Below are positions 52,394-61,946 of a stretch of 64,000 nucleotides of DNA, piece after piece. A program made the position numbers and the translations under genes. Within the stretch, counting starts at the first letter, position 1. Each line of letters begins with the position of its first letter. This DNA is from Planctomycetota bacterium (GTDB lineage: Bacteria > Planctomycetota > UBA8742 > UBA2392): assembly GCA_020425605.1 (NCBI GenBank), contig JAGQRH010000001.1, forward strand, positions 92,650 to 156,649. Reading direction: 5' to 3'. The notes below the pieces were generated by a model. It ran no database searches. It was given only the letters and a program-made list of their open reading frames with translations, and had not been told where the DNA came from.

Positions 52394-53789
52394 TCACCGA
52401 CACGCCACCGACGGACACCGGGCCCTTTGGATAGTTGTTGTGCGGCTGCGGGTTGTTCTTGCTGCCGGCTTCCTGGCGCGCGAGTACGTTGTAGATCGGT
52501 GTGCGCTTGCGCGAGCGGACTTCTTCAAGCCCGCGCTCCGTGAACAGGTCGCGGCTTATGCGACGCTGCAGCGCGACCTTGCCCTCGGCGTTGCGAAGGA
52601 AGGTCAGCTGGCGCAAGTCGTCCTGTGATGCCCCGACAAAGTCGGATTCGAAGATGCGCAAGTAGGACGCAAGGCTGTTGTTCGTCGGCCCGAACCCCTG
52701 CGCGTACAGGTAGCGCTTCTCCAACTCCATCAGGATTTCGATCATGCGTTGGAAGCGCTTGTTCACGTCGTACTCGAGCATCTTCATCACGATGCGGGAC
52801 AGTCGCTCCGGGATGTCGGTGCAGATTTCATGTGGGGGAATGATCGGCCGCGACTGCGCCGACTTTACCCAGCGCACGTTTTCGTCCCAGCTTCCGCGGC
52901 TGAGCGGCTTGAACAGGTTGATGCCAGTCAGCAGCTCATAGGCCACTACGCCGAGACTGAAGATGTCGGCGCGTCCGTCCACCTTCTCACGCGCTAGCTG
53001 CTCAGGTGCCATATAGTGGACCTTGCCGGCAAACTCCTCGCCTGCGGCGCTCAGCGGTGCGGCAATGCCGAAATCTGTCAGCTTGGGCACACCCTCTGAG
53101 TTGATCAGTATGTTGCCGGGGGTGACGTCCTTGTGGACGATCCACTGATGGCCGTAATCCAGCGCGCGCGCAATGCGACTGACAATGAACATGCTGATGG
53201 GCATCGGCATCAGCAGGTGCAGCTTGAAGTGGTGGCGCGCGAGCATCGACATGTCGACACCGTCGACGTAGTCCATCGCCATGAACAAAACGCGCGGGCT
53301 GGTATCGACGGTCTTGGTTGCCTTCGGGTTCGGCATGCGCGCGGGTGCGAAGCCGGGCGTGCGGGACTTGCCGCCCTTGCGCGGGTCCGCAATGCGACGC
53401 AAGTGGAACGTCGGCAGCTGCAGGTCGCTGGTGGCCTTGGGCAGGCTGTTGACGTTGAGGTTCTTGCGGAACTCTTCGGGCATGTCGCTGAGCTTGCAGC
53501 TTTCGAGCCCGTAGGTTTTCACAATGTTCTCGTGGCGCAGGAACGTGGCGATGTTCGCCTCGTTACGCAGGCGCGCTTCCTGCTCGTCATCAAGTGTTTT
53601 GAAGGACTTGAAGACAACGTAGTCGAGCACACCGCCGCAGTTCTTCTCGACCAGGTAAACGACACCCATTCCGCCACGGCCAAGTTCTTCAACTATGGTG
53701 TAGCTGGACGAGCTTGCGAAGCTGAATCCTCGGAGTGCAAAATCGTCCACAGGGGTGCTCCGGTCGAGCGGGCAGGGAAATACCTGCAA
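52359..53789 (-). CDS. Ser/Thr protein kinase, non-RD (HKD), with large N-lobe insertion
   Basis: LGRGGMGVVY, HKDVTPGNIL, DFG and GKVHYMAPEQ; TTG start uncertain. Confidence 0.9.
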   Translation of the reverse strand: MQVFPCPLDRSTPVDDFALRGFSFASSSSYTIVEELGRGGMGVVYLVEKNCGGVLDYVVFKSFKTLDDEQEARLRNEANIATFLRHENIVKTYGLESCKLSDMPEEFRKNLNVNSLPKATSDLQLPTFHLRRIADPRKGGKSRTPGFAPARMPNPKATKTVDTSPRVLFMAMDYVDGVDMSMLARHHFKLHLLMPMPISMFIVSRIARALDYGHQWIVHKDVTPGNILINSEGVPKLTDFGIAAPLSAAGEEFAGKVHYMAPEQLAREKVDGRADIFSLGVVAYELLTGINLFKPLSRGSWDENVRWVKSAQSRPIIPPHEICTDIPERLSRIVMKMLEYDVNKRFQRMIEILMELEKRYLYAQGFGPTNNSLASYLRIFESDFVGASQDDLRQLTFLRNAEGKVALQRRISRDLFTERGLEEVRSRKRTPIYNVLARQEAGSKNNPQPHNNYPKGPVSVGGVSVIIENPAAASQD

Positions 53790-53959
53790 CTATAAAGTAT
53801 CCCATAAACCCCGATTTGGCCAGTAGTTCGGGCGACTATCGTGCATAAACTGCACACCTGAGTGCACTACCTGAACATGACGTTCGGATGAAACCTGACA
53901 CACGACGTGCGGCTATACTCCCGCCGTCACCCCGATCGCCCCGCATCTTGAACTTGCTT

Positions 53960-54148
53960 ATGAACCGCTTCATCTGGGCCTTTGCAGCCCTTGCGCTTGT
54001 AATTGTAGCCGTCGTCGGCTTTCTTTTGCTGCAACCCACGGCCGAGCGTGCCAATAACCCGCGTCCCGCACATGCACCGGGCGACGCGCGTGATCACTCC
54101 TCACAACTGCCTTCAGAAGCTGCAGTTGAGGCCAAGACGCGCCGATAG
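53960..54148 (+). CDS. Short membrane-anchored hypothetical ORF (possibly a remnant)
   Basis: MNRFIWAFAALALVIVAVVGFLLLQP then stop after 62 aa. Confidence 0.35.
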   Translation: MNRFIWAFAALALVIVAVVGFLLLQPTAERANNPRPAHAPGDARDHSSQLPSEAAVEAKTRR

Positions 54149-54199
54149 TCATCGAACCCAGCGACAAATGTCCCGGATGCAGGGCTGTCGCATGGGCGC

Positions 54200-54463
54200 C
54201 TAAAAGACGTCGCCATTCTGGTCGATCTTGCTGTCTTCGTATGGCGCTGCGACGCGGCGGTACAGTTCCAGCTTTGCACACTCAAGTGCGCCAACGATTT
54301 CATTTACGCGCGCGTAGCTCAGCTTCTTTCGCAGCAGGTGCGACGATAGCTTTGAGATTGCGTAGTTGAGTTGGCCGGCGAACTGCTCATTGGGGAGTGC
54401 GTCTGCCAGCTTTTCGATCAGTGGATCCAGCGGCATGCGCTGGCCGGGTTCAATGTAGGGCAT
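54200..54463 (-). CDS. DUF6899-like protein
   Basis: MPYI..., GQLNY, GALECAKLELYRRVAAPYED.KI.QNGDV pattern. Confidence 0.8.
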   Translation of the reverse strand: MPYIEPGQRMPLDPLIEKLADALPNEQFAGQLNYAISKLSSHLLRKKLSYARVNEIVGALECAKLELYRRVAAPYEDSKIDQNGDVF

Positions 54464-54478
54464 GTGATTGAATCGATC

Positions 54479-54556
54479 GTTGGAAGTTGATGGTTGATGG
54501 AAACTGCCGTTGAGCCGCAGCTTTGCCGATCAACTTCCAACCATCAACCACCAACT
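54479..54556. repeat. Inverted heptamer element (GGTTGAT/ATCAACC), empty
   Basis: gttggaagttgatggttgatgg ... atcaacttccaaccatcaaccaccaact. Confidence 0.85.
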
Positions 54557-54561
54557 GAAAA

Positions 54562-55989
<1,428 letters not shown>

Positions 55990-56031
55990 TCAGTTCCACC
56001 AATGCGCTTGCGTTGGGTAAGCTTCCGCCTC

Positions 56032-56856
56032 ATGGCTGAATTCTCACTCATCATTGTTGCGGGCGGCACAGGCTCGCGCATGAAGGCGGATCGCAAGAAG
56101 GCCTTCATCCAACTGGCAGATGAGCCACTGCTGCTCCACACTGCGCGCGCGTTCCAGGGCGTACCTGACATCGGCGAAGTGATCATCGTGATGCCCGCGG
56201 TGGAACTGGCCGAGCTTACCGGCGGCAATGACGCGAACATCAGTCTCGCAAAGCTGCCCGCCAAGGCCGATGTCCTGTTGCTGCAGTTGGCCGACGCGGG
56301 TGTGACGCGGGTTGTGGTTGGCGGCCCGCGCAGGCAGGACAGTGTGCTCAACGGCTTGTGGGCGGTGGGGGATGCGTTCGAATACGTGATGATCCATGAC
56401 GCCGCACGGCCATTTGTTTCTCACGAGGACTTGAAGACCCTCGCCCAGCGCACACGCGAAACCGGCGCAGCGATCCTGGCCCATCCGGTGCGCGACACCC
56501 TGAAGCGCGTGCAGGCCGACAAGCAGATCAGCGAAACAGTCAGCCGCGGTGCGCTATGGGGCGCGCAGACCCCGCAGGCCTTCCGGCGCAAGCTGCTGAT
56601 GGATGCGTTCAACAAACACAACAAGGCTGACGTCACCGACGATGCCGAGATGTACGCGCTGAATGGCGGAAAGTGCGCCGTGGTTCAGGGCAGCTCACTC
56701 AACTTCAAGATCACCACGCCCGAGGACCTGGAGCTTGCCGAGGCGCTGATCGCACTGCGTGCGGCCAAAGCAGGAGACATCCGCCCGGCCAGTGCGATCT
56801 TCCGCAAGCTGCCCGGCGGCAACACGATCTTTGATCTTGAACGCCCGTCGTCCTGA
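56032..56856 (+). CDS. ispD: 2-C-methyl-D-erythritol 4-phosphate cytidylyltransferase
   Basis: AGGTGSRM, GG.RRQDSV, IHDAARPF, AQTPQAF, TDDAE and NFKITTPEDL motifs. Confidence 0.95.
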   Translation: MAEFSLIIVAGGTGSRMKADRKKAFIQLADEPLLLHTARAFQGVPDIGEVIIVMPAVELAELTGGNDANISLAKLPAKADVLLLQLADAGVTRVVVGGPRRQDSVLNGLWAVGDAFEYVMIHDAARPFVSHEDLKTLAQRTRETGAAILAHPVRDTLKRVQADKQISETVSRGALWGAQTPQAFRRKLLMDAFNKHNKADVTDDAEMYALNGGKCAVVQGSSLNFKITTPEDLELAEALIALRAAKAGDIRPASAIFRKLPGGNTIFDLERPSS

Positions 56857-56876
56857 CAGGTTGTCCACACCCCCCG

Positions 56877-56904
56877 TTGACAGGCAAGTGGCCCCTGTTA
56901 CCCT
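56877..56904 (+). promoter_or_regulatory. Sigma70-type promoter of rpsO-pnp
   Basis: TTGACA, 16 nt, TACCCT with an extended -10 TG. Confidence 0.6.
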
Positions 56905-56969
56905 TCCCGCCAACTTTAGCGCGTCATTTGCAGCTACGGCTGCGTTTGGCGTAAGTGCAGGAGAAGAAG

Positions 56970-57236
56970 ATGATCACGAAGGAACGGCGAGTTGCGCTCG
57001 CCAAGGAATTCGGCAGCAATGAGAAGGACACCGGCTCAGTTGAAGTCCAGGTGGCCCTCCTGACCGAAGAGATCAACAACCTGACCGTCCACCTCAAGAT
57101 TCACAAGAAAGACCACAACAGCCGTCGCGGTTTGTTGCGGATGGTGGGCAAACGGAATGGTCTGCTCAAGTACCTTGGCAACAACGATGAGCAGCGTTAC
57201 CGCGACCTGATCGGCAAGCTCGGCATCCGCAAGTAA
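56970..57236 (+). CDS. rpsO: 30S ribosomal protein S15
   Basis: [13 protein letters not shown] and [21 protein letters not shown]; RBS CAGGAG. Confidence 0.98.
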   Translation: MITKERRVALAKEFGSNEKDTGSVEVQVALLTEEINNLTVHLKIHKKDHNSRRGLLRMVGKRNGLLKYLGNNDEQRYRDLIGKLGIRK

Positions 57237-57457
57237 GCGGGTGCCGTTTTCATTCCGGGCCAGGTGGCCCGGTTCGTGTGAAGGGCCCGGGATCCTGTCC
57301 CTGGACCTTGGCGGACACAGAGGCGTGAGTTGTCACCGACAGCTCTGGCTACTCTGCCCGCCTGGGTGGTCGCCCGGCCCTTTACATACTTTGAGTAATC
57401 GTCCCGCCGCTGACAGGGCGCGGGCCGTAATGCGTTTCTGACGCAGAGAGTGTGTAC

Positions 57458-59728
57458 ATGGCTATCGAGAATCTGAAGCCAACCAAGCATGAAGTGTCCG
57501 TCGAAGTAGGCGGCCGGACCATTACGTTCGAGACTGGCTGGCTCGCCAAGCAGGCGGCCGGAAGCGTGCTCGTTCGTGAAGAAAACAGCGCGGTGTTCGT
57601 CGCGGTCACAACGGCAGACCCGCGTCCGGGCATCGATTTCTTCCCGCTGACGGTCGAGTACCGTGAGAAGACCAGCGCCGCGGGCAAGTTCCCCGGTGGC
57701 TTCTTCAAGCGCGAGGCACGACCCAGCAGCAAGGAAATCCTGACCATGCGCATGACGGACCGTCCGCTGCGCCCGATGTTCGCTGAGGGCTACAAGGACG
57801 AAGTCCAGGTCAACGGCATGGCCATGAGCGCTGACCCGAACCTGGACCCGGACATGCTCATGATCAACGGCGGCAGCACGGCGGCGATGCTGGCCGGCCT
57901 GCCGTTCGACGGCCCGGTCGGCGCAGTCCGCATGGGCCGCGCAGGCGGCGAATTCATCGTCAACCCGACCTACGACCAGGTGGATGAAGGCGACCTGAAC
58001 ATGGTCGTCGCCGGCACCCTCGACGGCATCAGCATGGTTGAGGCAGGCGCGGTCGAGTTGACCGAAGACGAGATCATCGAGGCGCTTCAGATCGCCCACA
58101 AGGCGATCGTCAAGATCTGCAAGGCGCAGCAGGAGCTGGTCAAGAAGGCCGGCGTCAAGCGCAAGGAATTCACCCCGCCCGAAGGTCCGCCCGCGGACCT
58201 GGTCAAGGAACTGCACAAGAAGTACTTCCCGAAGTTCCTCGAAGGCGTGAAGGTCAAGGGCAAGTTCGAGCGCAGCGCAGCCCTGCACGACATCAAGAAG
58301 TCCGCAGTCGCGGAGTACGCGACCGTTGCCGACACCGCCAGCGCAGAGGAAAAGGCCGCAGCCAACGCCAAGGGCAAACAGGTCGCCGGTGTCGTCGGTG
58401 GCTTCAAGTACGAGGCCCTGCGCCACGTGATCCTGAACGAGAACAAGCGCATCGACGGCCGTGAACTGAACGAAGTCCGCGACATCCTGATCGAGATGCA
58501 ACCGTTCCCGCGCAACCACGGTAGCGTCACTTTCACCCGCGGCGAAACCCAGGCGTTCGTCACCTGCACGCTGGGCACGGCCCAGGATACGCAGCTGATC
58601 GACGGGCTTCGCGAAAGCCGCGAGGAAAGCTTTCTGCTGCATTACAACTTCCCGCCCTTCTGCACCGGCGAGGCCAAGATGATCCGTGGCGTCAGCCGCC
58701 GCGAGATCGGCCACGGCGCACTGGCAGAGCGTGCCATCCGCGCGATGCTTCCGGCGGAAGACGAGTTCCCGTACACCATCCGCGTAGTCAGCGACATCCT
58801 GGAGAGCAACGGCAGCTCCAGCATGGCGACCGTCTGCGGAGCGACACTCAGCTGCTTTGACGCGGGCGTTCCGCTGCGCAAGGCCGTTGCGGGCGTGGCC
58901 ATGGGCCTCGTCAGCGAAGGCGACAAGTTCCAGGTGTTGACGGACATCCTCGGCGACGAGGACCACGCCGGCGACATGGATTTCAAAGTCTGCGGAACGG
59001 AAGACGGAATTACCGCCCTGCAGATGGACATCAAGGTAAAGAACCTCAGCGCTGAGCTGATGCACAAGGCGCTTGGCCAGGCTCGCGATGCACGCCTGCA
59101 TATCCTCGGCAAGATGAAGGAAGCGCTGGCCGGCCCGCGCGAGGAAATCAGCAAGTGGGCGCCGCGCTACGAAGTCGTCAAGATTGACACCGAGCAGATC
59201 GGCATGGTGATCGGCCCGGGCGGCAAGGTCATCCGCGGCATGCAGGAAGAGTTCGGCACCACCATCAGCGTCGAAGAAGACGGCACGATCAAGATCTTCG
59301 GCGAAGACGGCGAAGCAGCCAAGGCTTGCGCAGCGCGCATTTCCGCCATGACGAAGAAGCCGGTCGTCGGCGAGCGCGTAACCGGCACCGTCGGCAGCAT
59401 CCGTGAATTCGGCGCGTTCGTCTCGTTCAACGGCGGCGCGACCGAGGCGCTGATTCACGTCTCCGAGCTCAGCGACACGTTCGTTGAGAACCCGGAAGAC
59501 GCGGTGAAGGTCGGCGATGAATTCGAATTCGAGATCATCGGCGTCGACCCGACCGGCAAGGTCAAGGGCAGCCGCAAGGCCGTGATCCTGAAGGACCGTG
59601 GCGAAGAGTACAAGCCACCCGCCCCGCGCGAGCGCAGCGGCGGCGGCCGGGGCGGTGACCGCGGAGGAAGAGGCGGCCGGGGCGGCGGCGGCGGCCGTGG
59701 TCGCGAACGCAGTCGCAGCCGCGACTAG
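57458..59728 (+). CDS. pnp: Polyribonucleotide nucleotidyltransferase
   Basis: FFPLTVEYRE, PGGFFKRE, FTRGETQ, SRREIGHG, ESNGSSSMA and GDMDFKV; KH and S1 domains; RGG/RS tail. Confidence 0.99.
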   Translation: MAIENLKPTKHEVSVEVGGRTITFETGWLAKQAAGSVLVREENSAVFVAVTTADPRPGIDFFPLTVEYREKTSAAGKFPGGFFKREARPSSKEILTMRMTDRPLRPMFAEGYKDEVQVNGMAMSADPNLDPDMLMINGGSTAAMLAGLPFDGPVGAVRMGRAGGEFIVNPTYDQVDEGDLNMVVAGTLDGISMVEAGAVELTEDEIIEALQIAHKAIVKICKAQQELVKKAGVKRKEFTPPEGPPADLVKELHKKYFPKFLEGVKVKGKFERSAALHDIKKSAVAEYATVADTASAEEKAAANAKGKQVAGVVGGFKYEALRHVILNENKRIDGRELNEVRDILIEMQPFPRNHGSVTFTRGETQAFVTCTLGTAQDTQLIDGLRESREESFLLHYNFPPFCTGEAKMIRGVSRREIGHGALAERAIRAMLPAEDEFPYTIRVVSDILESNGSSSMATVCGATLSCFDAGVPLRKAVAGVAMGLVSEGDKFQVLTDILGDEDHAGDMDFKVCGTEDGITALQMDIKVKNLSAELMHKALGQARDARLHILGKMKEALAGPREEISKWAPRYEVVKIDTEQIGMVIGPGGKVIRGMQEEFGTTISVEEDGTIKIFGEDGEAAKACAARISAMTKKPVVGERVTGTVGSIREFGAFVSFNGGATEALIHVSELSDTFVENPEDAVKVGDEFEFEIIGVDPTGKVKGSRKAVILKDRGEEYKPPAPRERSGGGRGGDRGGRGGRGGGGGRGRERSRSRD

Positions 59729-59739
59729 GCAAAGAGCGC

Positions 59740-59769
59740 AAGGCCCATCGTGGGAACGATGGGCCTTTT
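59740..59769 (+). terminator. Rho-independent terminator after pnp
   Basis: aaggcccatcgt-ggga-acgatgggcctt-tt. Confidence 0.85.
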
Positions 59770-59832
59770 ACCTTCGGGAAGTGGTGCGGTTCGTTGTTGG
59801 CGGGACTCGCTGACTGATGCTGGGATGAGGCG

Positions 59833-60327
59833 ATGGCTCAGAGTCTCACACATGGTCTGATTGGCCTTAAGCCCAATCGCGCGGTGCGGACGCTGTACGT
59901 GTCGCAGGTTGGGATCACTTTGTTCACCGCAGCGGCCCTTGTTTTCTGCGCGCTTGCGATAGGCATTGGCCAAGGGGGTTCGAGCATCGCCGCTTTGCTA
60001 GCGGTTGTTGGCATACCCCTTCAGCTTATGGCTGCGGGTGCAGCAGTGTGGGCGTTCTTCAAGTACGCTGACATCATTCTGCTTAGCGACGGGCTGGACA
60101 TTTCAGGGCGGTTTGTTCCCTACGTTGACGTCAAATCGATTCGCATGCTCGGCAGGAAGCGTATGGAGGTCGAGTACCACTACCACGGAGCGACGTTACG
60201 CACGTTCATCGGCGTTCCAAACCTAATCGGCACCTTGGACGTCCCCAATCTCGCACGACAGCTCCAGCATGCCTGCGACCTGCCGACTGCCGATGTCTCG
60301 CTCCCAACGGCGGTGCCCACTTCCTGA
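59833..60327 (+). CDS. Hypothetical membrane protein (2 TM + PH-like domain)
   Basis: Two hydrophobic helices then a beta-rich region; visibly less GC-biased codons. Confidence 0.5.
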   Translation: MAQSLTHGLIGLKPNRAVRTLYVSQVGITLFTAAALVFCALAIGIGQGGSSIAALLAVVGIPLQLMAAGAAVWAFFKYADIILLSDGLDISGRFVPYVDVKSIRMLGRKRMEVEYHYHGATLRTFIGVPNLIGTLDVPNLARQLQHACDLPTADVSLPTAVPTS

Positions 60328-60397
60328 TGCGCCGCCCAGGCACGCGCTGGAAGATTGGCGCGCACTAAGTAGGCTTGGGCCGACGGAAGGAGAGCCT

Positions 60398-61390
60398 ATG
60401 AGCGGAGTTGATCGCCTGAACGTACCTGAATTCGAGCGCCCGATCGTCGAGCTGGAAATGAAGATCGAGGGCCGGCGCATGGACCTCGCCAACGCGGACA
60501 AGGAAGACGACCGCAAGTCCATCCAGGAAGAGATCGACGAGCTGTCCAAGGACCTGAAGAAGCTCACGGACACGGTCTTTGCCAACCTCGACCCGTGGGA
60601 CCGCGTGCAGCTTTCCCGGCACCCGAACCGCCCGCTGACTGACGACTACGTAAACACGCTGTTCGACGACGTGCAGGAACTGAAGGGCGACGGCAACTTC
60701 AAGGACGACCCCGCGATCATCACGGCATTCGCCACCTTCGACGGCATCAAATGCATGGTGATGGGCCACCGTAAGGGCAAGACCCTGCAGGAGCGCCTGC
60801 AGTGCAACTTCGGCTGCGCACACCCGGAAGGCTATCGCAAGGCGTTGCGCAAGATGCGTATGGCCGAGAAGTTCAAGCTGCCGATCATCAGCTTCATCAA
60901 CACACCAGGCGCCTATCCCGGCATCGAGGCGGAAGAGCGCGGCCAGTCACAGGCGATCGCGGAGAACATCCGCGAGATGTCCGGGCTGAAGGTGCCGATT
61001 ATTACGCTCACGATCGGTGAAGGGGGCAGCGGCGGCGCGCTGGGGATCGGCGTCGGCGACCGCTACCTGATCATGGAGAACTCGTACTACAGCGTAATCA
61101 GCCCCGAAGGCTGCGCGGCGATCCTGTGGCACGACGCCAAGAAGGCCAGCGACGCGGCGCGTGTGCTGCGGCTGACACCCAACGACCTGCTTGAGCTTGG
61201 CATCATGGACGAGATCATCCCCGAGCCCTACGGCGGCGCCCACCGCGACCCGCGCAAGACGTTTGACATCGTGAAGAGCCATCTGATGCGGCACTTGAAG
61301 GAACTGATGGCGCTCGAAACCGAGGACCTGCTCGAGCAGCGCTACCAGAAGCTGCGCGGCATGGGCAAGTACATCGAGGTCGCAGCCTAG
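60398..61390 (+). CDS. accA: Acetyl-CoA carboxylase carboxyltransferase alpha subunit
   Basis: RHPNRP, PEGYRKALR.M.MAEKF, TPGAYPG, GEGGSGGA and YSVISPEGCAAILW motifs. Confidence 0.98.
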   Translation: MSGVDRLNVPEFERPIVELEMKIEGRRMDLANADKEDDRKSIQEEIDELSKDLKKLTDTVFANLDPWDRVQLSRHPNRPLTDDYVNTLFDDVQELKGDGNFKDDPAIITAFATFDGIKCMVMGHRKGKTLQERLQCNFGCAHPEGYRKALRKMRMAEKFKLPIISFINTPGAYPGIEAEERGQSQAIAENIREMSGLKVPIITLTIGEGGSGGALGIGVGDRYLIMENSYYSVISPEGCAAILWHDAKKASDAARVLRLTPNDLLELGIMDEIIPEPYGGAHRDPRKTFDIVKSHLMRHLKELMALETEDLLEQRYQKLRGMGKYIEVAA

Positions 61391-61887
61391 CGCCAGCGGC
61401 TGGCGGATTCACGGGCAAGACGTGCGCGCCCGTGAAAGTACAGCGCCATGTATGCGATCAGGGGCAGCGAGAGGAAAGCCGCAAGGAATGCGAGGGCGGA
61501 TGCCTCGACGTTTTCTTTCGGCCCGTGTGCCACAAACTCTGCTCCGAAGATTCCGGTGAACGCCGCGATCAACAGCAGAATCATCGAGCCGAAGAACAGT
61601 CCACCCCAGAAGCGCTGCTTGCGTGCGGCGTCGGCGAGTACGATTCCGCGCCGGAAGTCCAGCAGCTCACGCCCGTCGAAATGACCGTGGATGGTACGCC
61701 CGCGCTGCGCGGGGTCCGAATAGGGGACGATGCCGCTCACGTCCGGCAGATAGGCCAGCCCGCGGACACCGCCTTCGCTGATGAACACCAGCTCGGCGTC
61801 GCAGTTGTTGCAGCGCATCACATGAAGTTGGGGCGGAACGCGCAGGTGCGCGGCGCAGCAGGGGCAAAGCTGGAGCTCAGGCATCAT
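61387..61887 (-). CDS. Zn-ribbon + 2-TM hypothetical protein
   Basis: CPCCAA...CNNC; two C-terminal TM helices; TATAAT at 61904-61909 and GGAG RBS upstream. Confidence 0.65.
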   Translation of the reverse strand: MMPELQLCPCCAAHLRVPPQLHVMRCNNCDAELVFISEGGVRGLAYLPDVSGIVPYSDPAQRGRTIHGHFDGRELLDFRRGIVLADAARKQRFWGGLFFGSMILLLIAAFTGIFGAEFVAHGPKENVEASALAFLAAFLSLPLIAYMALYFHGRARLARESASRWR

Positions 61888-61946
61888 GGGCGCTCCCTTC
61901 ACGATTATAGCCGCGAATCCGCCGCTGCGAATTCGACTTCAAACGT

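Noticed and set aside
53890-53901. GAAACCTGACAC, a 12-nt match to the reverse complement of the left arm at 12653-12664
   Set aside because: Single short match with no partner arm or 7-nt periodic extension; could be chance.
57197-59458. 753-aa antisense ORF opposite pnp
   Set aside because: Shadow ORF produced by high-GC3 codon bias of pnp; no recognisable motifs. The same applies to 13191..14639, 48868..50481, 39668..41188, 15187..16410 and similar ORFs.
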